A DNA stretch of 63,789 nucleotides, filler included, from Reticulomyxa filosa (GCA_000512085.1; 28 parts of 28 records of this genome joined end to end with filler, not necessarily neighbours in it); one strand, 5' to 3'; counted from the whole stretch's first letter, positions 37,240 through 51,215 are shown. Made by a program: numbers and translations. The notes: a model not told the origin generated them from the sequence alone.

Positions 37240-39339
37240 TTGCAACCAATCAAAAACAAAAATAAAAAAGAGGGGCCAGATGCTCAAGTGCTCGTGGTGA
37301 TGGTAAGGACAGGGGAAAAAGTGAGAGAGATGAAGGAACAATTGGCTGGAGAATGGAGAGATGAGGGAATCGAAGTGGGGCCGATTGTTTCGGAGGAAGT
37401 GCAGAAACAGATATCTACCACCAAACATGGAAAGGACAAGGATAAAGATGAAGAAGATAAAGAAGACAAAGATAAAGACGAAAATAGCGAGAGTGAGGAC
37501 AACGAGGAAAGCAGCACCGAGGTGACTCGCGTTTTGGCGGCAAAGAGCGAAAGTCCACCCGTGTTTGTGGTGTCATCCAATCGACAACGAGATGCGAACC
37601 CTGCAAACGGCACCATTTCCGTCCAACCTTTTCCAGTGACAACCGAGAGACAGACTTTACAAGTGACCGAGGGCGACTTCCTCGGGGGGCGCTCTCTGTC
37701 GATGCGCATACCCCTGCAGCCCAAGATGAGTGACGACAAAGAAGAAGATCAGAGAAAAAGCACCTTCAAAGACAGTACAACTGTGGATTTCAGTCTGTTG
37801 CCACCGATGGGACATACCGGCGATCAAATCCATTGTTACGTTGTTTTTTTTTTGTCTTGTACAAACAAATTGAAGGTAAATGATAGAAGAGTAATTATAA
37901 CAATAAAATAATAATAATAATAACAATAATAACAATAATAATAATAATAATAATAATATTATGTAGTGACGAGTCAATTACAAAAAACCTATGACGCAAC
38001 CACGAGTCGCTTTCAATTGCAAAAAGACCCGATCCAAGAAACCGAAACGAAATTTATAATAACGGGACCGCCCACTGACACCACGGAACGGAAATTGTTT
38101 GGGACAAAGGCGGCAGCGAACACGGATCCGCAAGAGTTTTTGAAAAAGTTCCACGAGCTGAAACCTTCGCGCAAAAAACCGGTTTGGGCAGATATATGTT
38201 GTGACCCTTCAGTGCTTGAAATGGTGGTCGAGAAGCTCGGCCTGCCCATCCATCCCTTGACCGTCGAAGACTGCATGAGCGCAGACTGCCGAGAAAAATT
38301 GGAAATCTTTGATCACTACTTGTTTCTATGCATTCGTGTGCCTGTTCGAGACAGCAACAAAACCCAACGCATTGCCATTCTCGTCTTCAAGGCCGTTATT
38401 TTGACGTATCACGAGTTCTCTCTCACTGTCATGGATAACACTCGTACTATCATTAGACGTGTTAAGTGAGTCAGAAAATTTTTTTTTTAAAAAAAAAATC
38501 TTCCCCCTTTTTTTTTTTTTCTCCCTCCCCTTTTGTATAATGTTATGTATTGCTGTGTTGATGTATATGTGTGTGAAAAAAGAGGGGAAAAAAAATTTGA
38601 CGATTTTATTTTTCTCTCTCCTTCCTCGTCCCCCTCCTATTTCCAATAACAGCGCCATCTTCATGATAAGGAAAACAAATGGTGCTGCCCGAGTCCTGGA
38701 TGGGTTTGCCATGCCATTATTGATGGGGTGGTCGATGCGCTGATCCCGGAGGTAAATCGCGTGGTCGATGAGGTTCAAAATTTAGAACAGCTGGTGTTCA
38801 TGATCGAGGTTGACAGCCAACATGAACTATTGAACCGGTTTGAAGCTGCTCGGTATGGACTGGAGTTGTACCGTTCTCGTTTGTGGCCCAAATCCACATT
38901 GACACATAACTTGAACAACTTGGACTGGAGGACATTTCTTCAAGATGTCCCTGCTGCATATTGGAGAGATATCAATGATCATTTGTCAAGAATGGTTGAT
39001 ACTGTACAAATTGCTTCACAAACCTTGGAGTCATTGCAAAATGTATTTATCGCCAAAGTGTCCATGGATATGAGTGATTATGCAAATGCTTTGAATGAAA
39101 CTGTTGGTAGGCTCGGTATCGTAAGTACGCTATTTTTACCTCTTATTTTCATTACCGGGTTATTTGGCACCAATATGTGGATACCCTTTCAAGTTGGTCT
39201 TACTGACGTTGTTTCTGCTGAAAACATTAGATTTGGCTTTGTCTTTGTCTTGTCTTTGATGGTTGTGACCTTTTCTGCCACCTATATACTTGTCAAAAAA
39301 AGTGGATGGATTGCAGTAAGATCAAGAAAGCAATTCTAA
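37240..39339 (+). CDS. CorA-family divalent cation transporter, multi-exon, 5'-truncated
   Basis: WADIC, IHPLTVEDC, REKLEIFDHYLF, ILTYH, YWRDINDHL, LNETVGRL..STLFLPLIFITGLFGTN, plus a second TM helix. Confidence 0.92.
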
Positions 39340-40526
39340 TCTTTTTTTTTTAAATCACAATTCAATGTGATGGAAACAAACATTGTGTATGTTTATTTCG
39401 CGCTCGTGGCTTGTAAAGAAGGTTTGAATGAACTCTTGTCGTGCAAATCTTTCTTTCAGGTTGAAAACCTTAGTGTTAGCATGTCATCATTTTGTTTGTT
39501 GGTTTGTTTCTAATCCACTGTTCCAATTTTCAACCACACCACAGTACTGACAAAACATTCACAACAATTTTAAGGCATTTATGAAAATATTGCAACTTTA
39601 AAGCATGTTTGTGGACCAAACGAAAATTGAAGTGAAAAAATATTAATTGTGTAAAACTATGGCGTGTTTAGCTGCTAATGACTTATAACACAGTGATGTT
39701 TTTCGTTCTGCAATAAAACTAACAAATAGAAAATTAACGCGATTCTAAGAAAAAGAGCTAACTTAATTTTCAATGGACGCGTTAGTACAATTAAAAAATA
39801 AAACCGACATTACTACTTGCAACTTTCTTCAAGAGATATGCATTTTTTATTCAATTCAAAAAATGTTCGTTTCATAAAGGAACTTTAAATGCGCTTAGTG
39901 ACTTTTGCGATTGATAAATAAGCATAAACATCATGAGGTAACTGATTTTTCTTTAGATAAGTCTTGAATTTAATGCACACATTTTTTTAAACTTTTTATT
40001 GCTATGAAAAACTGCTAAAAGTGGAACATATTTTGAAGTATTTAAGATATATAATTTTTTTTAAAGTGTTGATTTAAAATATCGAGAATCAGTAATATTA
40101 ATTGTACGTCATTTTATGTCAGTACTTTTGTCAATATATATATTATTTTTATTTAAGTATCGGAATGACACATATACTGAAGTATATTGTTACAACAAAC
40201 ATTTTTCAATTTAATTTGACATTTTTTCAAGCAATGTGTGTTGTAAGTTTCATAGCTTTTTTTTCAATAAGAAATAATAAACATTTCAAAATAACAAATT
40301 ATGTTTATTATTTTTTATATCTTTGACATAGTTTAAAATTTTGATTGTTACTTGATGAACAAAAAAGTTATAATCAAAGCAAATGTTGGTTATTGCTACA
40401 AAAAATTTTTGAAAGAAATCTGAAATTAACTTCTTTAATATTGTATCACGAGAACGCTATTCGCCAATTTCCTCTATTTATCAACACATAAGTTTTGAAA
40501 AAGCTAACGAAGAGCAAGAAATAAAA

Positions 40527-40952
40527 TTAACTCAAAAAAGAATCATATCGAATTTGTTCAAGTTTGAATTGTGTGACTAATTGTTGGTGTCTTCTTTCAT
40601 TCGATTCTTCATAAAAAATAAATGTTAGCCCAGAATGTTGCCGATTTTTTTGTGCTAATTGTATCCTCTTTATGAAATAATTGTCAGTTGTGGCAGGTTC
40701 ATTATGAATAACAATGTCAAATGAAACATCAGGACATTCAGATAGTAAATCAGTTCCCAAATACATTTTGTTTGGTCGCTCTTCTTTTAATTTACGATAC
40801 GTTTCCGAACGTGCAGAATTACGATCAAAGAGAAAATTCCGCCTCGCGATAACATGCCAACCGTTATTTTTATGTTCGTTTTCTTCATTTGCACCTTCAG
40901 TTTGTTGAGGATCAGGATCGTATCTGGATAAATGTCGTTGCAGTTGCGAAAT
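40527..40952 (-). CDS. Last exon of a degenerate DEAD-box helicase C-terminal (RecA2)-like domain
   Basis: RSETYRKLK...MYLGTDLLSECPDVSFDIVIHNEPATTDNYFIKRIQLAQKNRQHSGLTFIF aligns by eye with the motif V-VI region. Confidence 0.55.
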   Translation of the reverse strand: MSQLQRHLSRYDPDPQQTEGANEENEHKNNGWHVIARRNFLFDRNSARSETYRKLKEERPNKMYLGTDLLSECPDVSFDIVIHNEPATTDNYFIKRIQLAQKNRQHSGLTFIFYEESNERRHQQLVTQFKLEQIRYDSFLS

Positions 40953-42768
40953 CTAGGAAGAGTGGAGGACAGAAAAAAAAAAAAAAAAAAAAAAAAAAAA
41001 NNNNNNNNNNNNNNNNNNNNNNNNNNNNNNNNNNNNNNNNNNNNTTAATTAATTAANNNNNNNNNNNNNNNNNNNNNNNNNNNNNNNNNNNNNNNNNNNN
41101 GACATAATTAATTTATGTGTTTTGCAACAACAGCCGCAGCCCTATATTCCAAAAAAAAAAAAAAGAAAGTATACGTACCCTCCCTATAAAGAAAAACTTC
41201 GGGGTCGAAGCCAACCTCGTGTCAAAACAAAAATTAAAAGGTTTATTTTTTTTTATTTTTTTATTTTTTTTTATAAAAAGTATACGTTTGTTTATGAATA
41301 GGCATGCCCCAATCAAAAAAAAAATGTTTGTCCCCCCCCTCTTTGTGCAAAAGAAAAAAAAAATGATAGAAAATGGAATAGAGCTTCGAGCTCCAAATCA
41401 AAGTATGTTTGTTTGTTTTTTTTAAAATAAAAAAATTTTACTTTGTGAATTTGTAAATAGGAGTCCAGATCAAAGCAATATTGGAAAATGTTTATTTATT
41501 TTTATGTTTTATTTATATTTGAGATGAGAGGGATAGTGAAAATTTGGGGGGAAAAAAAAGTTTGGGAAAAATCAAGTAGAAAAAAGGGTGGGAAAATAAT
41601 GATGGGAAAAAATAAATTGGAAAAAAAAAGGGATAAAAATGATTGGAAAAAAATAAATTGGAAAAAAAAGGATAGTGAAAATGATTGGAAAAATGGGAAA
41701 AAAATAAGTGAAAAATTTTTTTTTGAGAAAATTGAAAAAAATATAAAAAAAGAGTGGAAAAAACAAAAGAATGTTGGAATAAAAATTAAAAAATGAAGAC
41801 AATGTAAAAAAAAAAGATTAAAAAGAGAAAAAATGAAAAAAAAGATAAAAAAAAGAAGAAAAAAGCAAAAGGGAAAAGGGGAGAAAAATGGAAAAAGAGA
41901 AGAAGAAAAAGCGCCGCAAGTGATAGCGCTCAAGAATGAAAAAAAAGAAAATGTTGGAGTTGCAAAGCGCCAAAGAAGACGCAAAATTTGAGCTACAGGA
42001 GCAACGAACAAGTGAACTCAGCCGTTATGAAAATGGAGCAAACGTTAGATCTACAGATTTTTTGAGTATGGTTATGCACTGGCTATTCACGCCCGCGAGT
42101 GGAGACATCGTGTTCCCATACATGAAATACTTTCATAGAACGCGCCAGTCAAAGATAATAAATAAGTTGTCGAAGCGTCAAGCAGTAGTAATCCGAACAA
42201 TTGGAAATACTTGTCAATTAACATATGCGTACACAAGTGTCTGGCGCTGTGCCAAGTCAACAATTATCCGCAAAGATTGCGTTGAATGTGGTTTACAAAA
42301 TTCAAAGACAATGGAAACTCAGGTGTTAAAAAATAGATCAAAATACTAGTGTCGAAACTGGTAGTGTGCGTGTGCACATTCGCGACTTTGGTTTTTNNNN
42401 NNNNNNNNNNNNNNNNNNNNNNNNNNNNNNNNNNNNNNNNTTAATTAATTAANNNNNNNNNNNNNNNNNNNNNNNNNNNNNNNNNNNNNNNNNNNNTTTT
42501 TTTTTATTTTAGCTAATGCATATCCGTTTTTATTCGTATTACATTTTAAACAAGACAAAATCTAAAATTTTTTTTTGGATAACTTTCATGAACAAGTGAA
42601 TACCGTTTTTTGAGAACAAAGTTTTGTTACAATAACAATTTTATTTGTGAACTAGGCTAACTGTTGAGTTCAATGAATAAGATTTGCTTAGTTTGTAGTT
42701 TGTCTGCCACAATTTAAAAAAAAGGCCTGCTTTCAGAACTACTACAAAGCAGCAGCAAGTATCTTAAA

Positions 42769-43842
42769 TTATTTGGTTACAATTTGTTTAAACTCAGTGA
42801 AAATTTGTGGAGACAACACAAACATGTCCATTCCAAAATACCACAATTTCAAGCATGTTGATGTGAATTCAATGAGCTCAGTTTTTTTCAATTCATAAAA
42901 TTTGGAGTGTAACAAGAATGACATAAGCATATTTCCTTCAAAATTTTTTTTGATAATACAAAAATTTTTGGAATTGTCAGGATTTTCAAATTCGATAATT
43001 CTTTGTTGCAATTGTCTCATGATAAAAGAACGTTTGGGATTTGTGAGTAAAGTTTGATGTTGATGTTTGTAATATTGCACAGGTTCATTCAATGGAATTT
43101 TCAAATATAGAAGCCAGCAAGATACTGCCGTTAATTTGTTTCTGTGCGTGAGCAATGTTTTCGTATATGTATAACGAGTTAACAAACAATCGATCCTACG
43201 CATCAAAGCAGTCTGAAAAAGAATAAGTGCATCGTCAATTTTGAGTTGATTGAGTTGAGAACGCGCACGAAACATGTTATACCACCACTAAGGAGACAAG
43301 AGAGAAGATGAAGAAAAAACAAACAAACAAACAAATAAATAAATAGAAACATGTGTTTTGTGAACTGTCTCAAGAAAGTTATATTACCTGCACTACATCA
43401 CGAGTTTTCTCACAGCACTTGTCTGCTACAACTTTCTGTCCCAGTTAATTTGAGTGAAATGATTAAAGAGTATAGATATTTTTTATATTTAAAAAAAAAC
43501 AAAGAATATACCAAAAACAAATTCTTGGTTGCGTCGTTAATTTTGTCGTAACAGTTGCACTGAATAAGGGCCTCTAAGTAGCAAATGTGAGCATCAGCAT
43601 CATCACCGATACAACTGAACGTGAGATTGCACAGCTGCTTGCAAGAACCAAACACAACACAAACAAAGAAATACAAAGGACGATATTGAGACAAGGGTAG
43701 CATATGTCTGATTTTATTTGATGTCGAAAATAAAAATGAAGCAAACGAAACTTGCAATAAATTATTCCACGACTCTGTGCCAATAAATGCACACGCCAAT
43801 TCTTTGAAAATTTCTTTGCGTTCTTGTTGCGATGTTTGCTGT
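42769..43842 (-). CDS. Hypothetical helical protein, 3' exons
   Basis: Successive minus-strand exons ending in the 168-aa ORF 42769-43275. Confidence 0.45.
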
Positions 43843-44042
43843 CAAATTTGTGCAACAATTGCAAATGTAGCTTTACAACGAATGCAACCAACTAACTCAA
43901 AATCAGGAGGACATATATATACATATATATATATATATATATNNNNNNNNNNNNNNNNNNNNNNNNNNNNNNNNNNNNNNNNNNNNTTAATTAATTAANN
44001 NNNNNNNNNNNNNNNNNNNNNNNNNNNNNNNNNNNNNNNNNN

Positions 44043-45002
44043 AAGTAGATCAAGACCAACGAAGAAGAAAAAAAGGCCAAAATTCCAACAACATCGAATC
44101 CAAAGCCAGATTCTGATTTGCCAGTATGCATCCCAATGCCTGGTTCTGTTTGAAGTATTGATTATCAAGCAATAAACCTCAATCTTTGCTGCAACGAAAG
44201 AAAAAGAAAAGAAGAGAAAGGGTTTGTTTATTGGCTCGCTCGACATGGCAAAGACTAAGCAAAAATCCAGGAACTGGAGGACCATATATCAATATTGCAG
44301 CAAGCGTAGCGACAAGTCCACAACACCAGCGAGCAAAGACCTCTGTTAATGCAGGGTCAAGTGTAGCTACCAATAACGACAGCATCAACAAAAATAACAA
44401 TAACATCAATAGCAATAACAATAGCAATAACAATAACAATAGTTTGAATGAAATGCCGAACAAAAAGCCAATGCAATTATCAAACAAAAAATCGGAGCAA
44501 CTATTGGATCTAACGACATTACGAACCTTGAACGAGCAGGCGCGATTTGACAAGACGATGAATGATTACTTGTTATTGAGTGATCCTTACAATATTCGTT
44601 TATTAAACCAATGTGTCAACAGTCACTTTGTCAAATGCGGTGACAACAACACAACAGAGAGACAGATTTGACAGCAAAGATAGTAAGAGGTCATTGGACT
44701 CGAAACATAAATTGGGAGGAGGATACTTTAGACATGAGTTGGACGATACCATGAGTGAGTCGTCTTTAATGAGTGACACCACTACGCTGACTGCGATCAG
44801 CGAAACTGTCACTTTGGACTCACAAGATGATGGCAAAACACACTCCTTTTCAAATGCTCCTGTTGCTACTGCTGCAACTCAGCACAATGCTCTTCAGAAT
44901 GTCAATTTATCCTCACGACTTGTTTTTCATACCAAAGCAAATAATCCAAATATCACTTCCGCAAATGTGGCCACGCAAAAAGATCCATGCGGAAAAACGT
45001 AA
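44043..45002 (+). CDS. Hypothetical low-complexity (Asn/Ser/Thr-rich) protein fragment
   Basis: Overlapping ORFs 44186-44671 and 44613-45002 have coding-like composition with a frameshift between them. Confidence 0.4.
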
Positions 45003-45186
45003 ATTCAATATCCGGTTTGCTGTTGCTAAGTAAAAACATAAATAATCTATTTCTATTGTTCAACTTCTGCGTTCCAAAATTTATAANNNNNNNNNNNNNN
45101 NNNNNNNNNNNNNNNNNNNNNNNNNNNNNNTTAATTAATTAANNNNNNNNNNNNNNNNNNNNNNNNNNNNNNNNNNNNNNNNNNNN

Positions 45187-46357
45187 GCAACAGTTCAAAG
45201 CCCTCAACTTCCATCTTAATCGCAACTTGTGTGTATCGTAGTTGATCATCGATTGGCAAAGGCACGTGCGTTATTCCTGGAGGTGGCAATGTGCCATTTT
45301 CACATTTCCATCAACGAGAATGTGGGTATCTATAATATACATATACATATATAAATATATATATACATTTGTATATGTATATTCTATGTACACTTCATTC
45401 ATCACAAATCTCTACCCCTTTTTTTTCTTTACAAAATTTGCATAGTGAAATATAAAACATGCGTAAAAAAAAAAAAATTAACTGAAGATTTGTATATTAT
45501 CGTTTTGTCACACACTAAGCACCAATAGCCTTTGTGATCGTCAATTAACTCCGCTCGATGATCTTGCTTATTGACAAAGGCGTAGCGGTCATTGCAAAAT
45601 CCTACACACTTGTAATACACTTGCAATTGGGTCACATTACACCAATTGACCCACACTGTATATCCGCAAATGACCGACATTTGCGTTTCTATCTGCTGTT
45701 ATAATATATCCAATTTCTAGTCGCTTTTCATATTCACGCTCAGTCGCAAATGACCGCTCCACTGCTATCACCTATCATTTTTTCCTTCCATAATTTGCTT
45801 GCTCGCTTTCGATTCGACTTGCTCGCCAATTTAATCCTGCCAAGCCATAGCACGTGTGTCAGGCTGCGCTTAGTCCTTCGTCCGTGCCATTTTCCTCTTT
45901 GTGTTTCATTTTGCTGGACTCTTTCATTGTTCCGTTCAACTTTTTTATTTATTTATTATTATTATCAATATACATATACATATATATAATATACATCCCA
46001 CCTATTCACTAGCACTGATATCTTCCCGTTTTCTAATAGACAATTGAAAAGGTCATTCGTCGAAACACTGCTTTTGTTCGCGTTCTTGTCTCCCGCTGAC
46101 GTGTTCCCATTGCTTGCTCCGACATTGCTTTTGCTAACGGTTACTATTATTGCATTGTGCCATTTCCCATTGTAATAAATCTTTATTTCACTCCAAACTC
46201 GCCATTCATCGTGATGGCCTCGAAAAAATGTGTTCAATTTCTCCGAGTTCATCTTGTCTTTAGGAGTTGCACCACTTTGCGCCCCTGGCCGAATACCCGA
46301 GGTTCGACCACCGTTTTTACCTGGAGATGCTGAAAGGCGAGAATTGTTACTAGACAT
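45187..46357 (-). CDS. Protein with Tudor/Agenet-like N-terminus and RPA1-C-like Zn-ribbon OB fold, 3'-truncated
   Basis: EIKIYYNGKWHNAIIVTV, then VYYKCVGFC...GYWCLVCDK..SSRF...IDDQLRYTQVAI..EGFELL. Confidence 0.45.
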
Positions 46358-48169
46358 TTTTCATTTGATGACATGTATTATTATTTTTTTTTTAGAAATT
46401 CTCTGACAGGTCCTTTTTTCCGTTCTTTTTGTTGCTTGTAAATTTCCTTTAATGAGTTTTTTAATACGCTCAAAATGGAGGAACAACTTGATAAAATGAA
46501 CAAAATAAATGATTTAAAGGCCTTAATATTAAAATTGTTTGTTTTTTTTGAATGACTCAAAATGTAATAAAAAAGTCTACCCACAAAACGTCCAATCCAG
46601 TTTTTATTTGATCGAATATCCCAAAAACGAAAATGTAAAATTAAATATTTTGAAATAAATAAAAACCAAATTTGTTTTTCCTTTTTTTGATTGAACTTTG
46701 AAAAAACTAGCAATAATCAATCAATACAATGGAGGATCCAACAACGGTCTCGTCAAGCGGTGATGGTAAAAACAAGGAGAAGATGAAGAAGACGACAATA
46801 GACTTTACACAAGAGAAAACGGAAGACATTCAATATTTTATATAAACGTGGAGTGTCAATACCGAACATCCATTTGTTGGAGAGCAAATTGTTGGAAAAG
46901 CNNNNNNNNNNNNNNNNNNNNNNNNNNNNNNNNNNNNNNNNNNNNTTAATTAATTAANNNNNNNNNNNNNNNNNNNNNNNNNNNNNNNNNNNNNNNNNNN
47001 NTTTTTTTTTTTTAAGTTCTGTATTTTCATACTGTCAAATTGTAACAAGGTTTTCAATTATCCTAATAAAATTTTGGCAATATTTTTCGTTGGTAAAAAT
47101 GAATGAATAATGCCAGTACGATTCTATTCTACATCAAAGTACGACATATGATATACTGTTTTTCTCGCCAGTTGGCATCTCATTAATTACACATTTCTCT
47201 TTTCTATAAAAATAAAATCCTAATTAAACTAAAAGAAGAAAAAACCAATATTGAAATCATCTGATTGCAATTTGGTGCAAGTCTATCGTTTGTGTAAATT
47301 GCTTTCTAAAAAATTTGTACCTTAAACAAAAATTGCTTTGTCTTGTGGGATTTGTGAGAAGACTAAGTGTAATACGAAAGGAACTTAGTTCCAAAAGAAC
47401 AACTTCAGTAAAAGAAAGTAAATTAAAAAAGAATAATAACAACTAAAATGAAAGAAACAAGTACAACGAGAGAAAAGTGAGTTGTGTTGAGAAGAGGGTT
47501 TTAACCCACTGGGGGTCCCACCGTTCCGTTAGTAGTTGGGGATTTATAATAGGGACTTTCCCTACAAGCTGAACTATCTTTCTTGCATCTCTCTACATCA
47601 GAAGAAACAAATAAGAAATATTTAAATGATATATATTTAATTTAATTTTCATTTATCATTCAAAAAAAATATATATGTAAATATAAAATGTTAATTGTTT
47701 GTTCGTGGATTTTAATGAAACTGCTTAATTGGCCAAAATCAAAATTGAAGTGATATAGAAATATTGCATAGATGTTGAAAATGATAAAGAGACAAAATGC
47801 ATATACATAAAGTATTATCAATAGATGTGCAAATAAAATAAGAAAATATATTTTGTGGTTTGTGTTAAAACAAATTAATACAAATATAAAATATGACTTA
47901 TTACAATTTTCTGACATATTGTTGATATCGTAACTATAGTACGTGGTGAAAGCAATAAAACATTTTTTGTCAAAGTACTTGAAAAAGAAGATTGTATTGT
48001 ACATGGATGGTTTGTCAATATTCAGTGTTTCAATTTATTCTGAACACGACTTCTTTTAAATCGACAAAGACGCATTAACTTTTTTTAAGTGTAGGTTGAC
48101 AGCCGGAGAAACTTTTTGTTTGATATTTTTTTAAGGTTTTGTCGTGCATATTTTCTGAAATAAATAATA

Positions 48170-48897
48170 ATGTTGTCATTTTTGAGTTTGTTGTTTTTTT
48201 CGTTTATTGCCTTGAGAAACATAATCGAGACAAGGGCGTTCTGTCCAGCAAACGCAGATTGCGTTGTAAACTGCAGAAATAGCACGTGCGCTAACCAAAA
48301 GATCAACTGTCCAGTAAGTGATGATTCGAAGACGTACGGCTGTACAATTCGTTGTTTGGATGTGTATTCGTGTGTCAATACCTCGATCGAAGCAACCAGT
48401 GACGTCTCAACTTTTCTGTTCGAGGCATTGCAAGGGAATGTGTCGTACGACGTAGGTACGTTTTTGTTTGTTTGTTTGTTTATGAAATAAAATTAGTAAA
48501 TGAAATGAAATGAATAAAAAATAATAATAAAAAAAGAAATATCCATAAATGGTACAAGTAATGTGCAAGTATTGTGCAAAGGGTCCCATTCATGCGATTA
48601 TCTGACCTTATCAGTGCAGAGCGCAGGATCTGTGACAATGACGGTGGACAACGTGAATACAGACATTTCGGCATTTGCAATGAACTTTGGGAAAATAAAT
48701 ATCAGCAACACGCAAGACGTATCCTTATCGTGTAACACCATGAAAACATGCAATTACCCTCAATGGAACCTGCACACCAATGCAAACGTATCGCTGCTTT
48801 GCAAAGGGACATATGCCTGTTTCCACAGTCACATTCGGCTCACCCAATCCCAACAAGCCACATTTCAAGGTTTTTTTTTTAATAAAAAAAATTTTTT

Positions 48898-48939
<42 letters not shown>

Positions 48940-50899
48940 TTGATGAATAGCAATGACAGGTTTACCCTCTGTCGTGGAAAGTACGATATTCTTTGAAAAT
49001 GTGACCTCATTGACAGTACAAGGGACAGACAGCGCAATCCAAGTGAACAGTGTTTACTTGACCAACGTGGAACGTTTTTTGTTGGACATAGCCGGATCTG
49101 GGGACACGGCGGGAACGGTGTGGCAACGTACCAATGTATCCGCTGTTGCGATTAATAGTTTTGTTTTGTTTTGTTTTTTATTATTATTAATTTATTTTCG
49201 CAAACTTTTTTTTTTTTTAAAAAAAAAAAAATTAAATTTATTTGACTTGCGTTGTGATAGACTGGAACGCAACCTCATATTGGATAACGGAGGGAATGGA
49301 AATAGAAAACCAGTATAATTGCTCAAGCAATCGAGATTGCAACATCCGCGTGGATACTGCGTTCACTTCGGTTCGGTCATTGAAATTGATATGTCCGATG
49401 GCAAACCAAACCCAAGGCACAAATAAGTTGAGCTGTCTGTTTTACTGTTCCGCCAACTATGGCTGCGGCAACATTCAACTGCTTGCCATCAATACGCCCA
49501 ACGTCGGTCTATTTTTTACCGGAAATGGTGTTCTGGATGCTTCTGGATTTCTCTGTTCGTTATATATATATACCCATATACATATATGTATACGTATTTA
49601 TTTGTGTACATACATAACGTATAATATTTTTTTTAAAAAAAAAATTATACTTGCGTAGATATTTATACGTATACATAAACATACCTTTTTTTACACACGC
49701 ACAGTGAATGCAAATGCCTCAGGATTGAGTGGTATTGAAGAAACACAATTGAATATTAGTTGCAATAGCCAATACAGTTGCAAAGGCGCGACCTTTGAAG
49801 GATCAGATTACAACAGTGTGATGGTGGGCTGCACAGGATATTTATCGTGTCAATTGGGTAAGTTCCGCATCTACAACTTTGACAATTCCACCACGTTCTT
49901 GTCGGCGTTGTACGGTATGTTTGAGACGTCCGTGCTGCTACATTCTGGCTCTGCCGTGGTGGTCGACCACGATTACACCAAGTATATCTGGGAAGAGACG
50001 TTTGAAAATAGCTATTGGACGTTTGAGCAAATTGCCACAATTGACATTTTCTGTTTCGTATATATTTCATTAACGTTTTTTTTTTTTTGCATGTTCAAAT
50101 TGAAATTGAAATTAATAAAAAAAAACACACACATGTTACTGGCACAGGTTCGCAGAGTTACGATTGCACCAATGCAGTATTTACGGGCTTAGATGTGGAT
50201 GAACTGACAATAACGTGTGGCAACGAGCTGCTCTCTGAAGGCAATGGCAACTGCCTTGGCGTATTGTTTGACATCAACGTAGACACCAATTTAAATTTGC
50301 AATGCAGTGGCGCGAGTTCATGCCTTAATACCAAGATTTACTACAATGCGGATATCGATATGCCGATCCTTGGCTCGTGCTATGTGTATTGCACGGTGGA
50401 TACACAACACCCTTATTATCCAAGTTGCCAAAACATGACCATCACCGTTGAGGATAATCCCATCGGATATGATTTCATCGAGTTGTCTTGTGAAATTGCT
50501 CAAGGGTATCAAGCTTGCAAAAATATCGTTGTTCAATGTGGCGATTCTAGTACCATGTGCCAATGTCCAGTTTTATACGACCCAGCTTCTAGTCAATGGA
50601 ATTGCGAAGGCAAGTGTGGCACAAGCTATTGCGAGGAAGACGATTACTACTCTGGTGTATCCACCGCTGTCATTGTTGCTGTTTTTGTATCCTCATGTGG
50701 ATTGATTGCAGCCTTGAATGTCATGGCTTATCTGTTTAAAAGAAGAAAAAAAGACAGACTCTTGCCCTCTTCCGCTCCTAATACACCTACTACCGCTAAT
50801 ACCACTAATACCACTAATACCACTGATACAACCGCCAAAGTCAAACCTGTTTCTCCGAAAGACATTCAATACGTTCATAAGACTTATCAAAGCTTGTAA
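48170..50899 (+). CDS. Cys-rich type I membrane/surface protein, multi-exon
   Basis: Signal peptide, many I/VxCxGxxSC repeats, a C-terminal TM helix AVIVAVFVSSCGLIAALNVMAYLF followed by KRRKK, and a Thr/Asn tail. Confidence 0.8.
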
Positions 50900-51215
50900 A
50901 CACACACGGTGTTCTTTATTTTTATCAATTCCATACAAATGTTAAATATTGTCTAATTAATCGAGTTTGCTTTTTTAGTTCTAATTACAAAATAAGTTTC
51001 GTTTTTTCGTTTTCACAAAATTTTCTTTTCATCAGCACATAGTTGCATATATATGCAGCATTGCCTTAAAGTTTCCAGATATTTTTTTAAATTTTTTTTT
51101 ATCAAGGACTAACAAAAAACAAAAATACGATGGTTCAATAAATGTGTATACAATAATTTTTAAAAACAATGCAAACGAACATTAGCGATAATCTTAATGT
51201 GAAAACGCAATACTA

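Noticed and set aside
41488-42011. Lys-rich / Phe-rich ORFs (also 31537-31909)
   Set aside because: Low-complexity A-rich tracts with no domain signal.
45290-45330. TGA read-through or alternative genetic code
   Set aside because: One extra A in a short run explains it, and intact genes here end with normal TAA/TGA stops.
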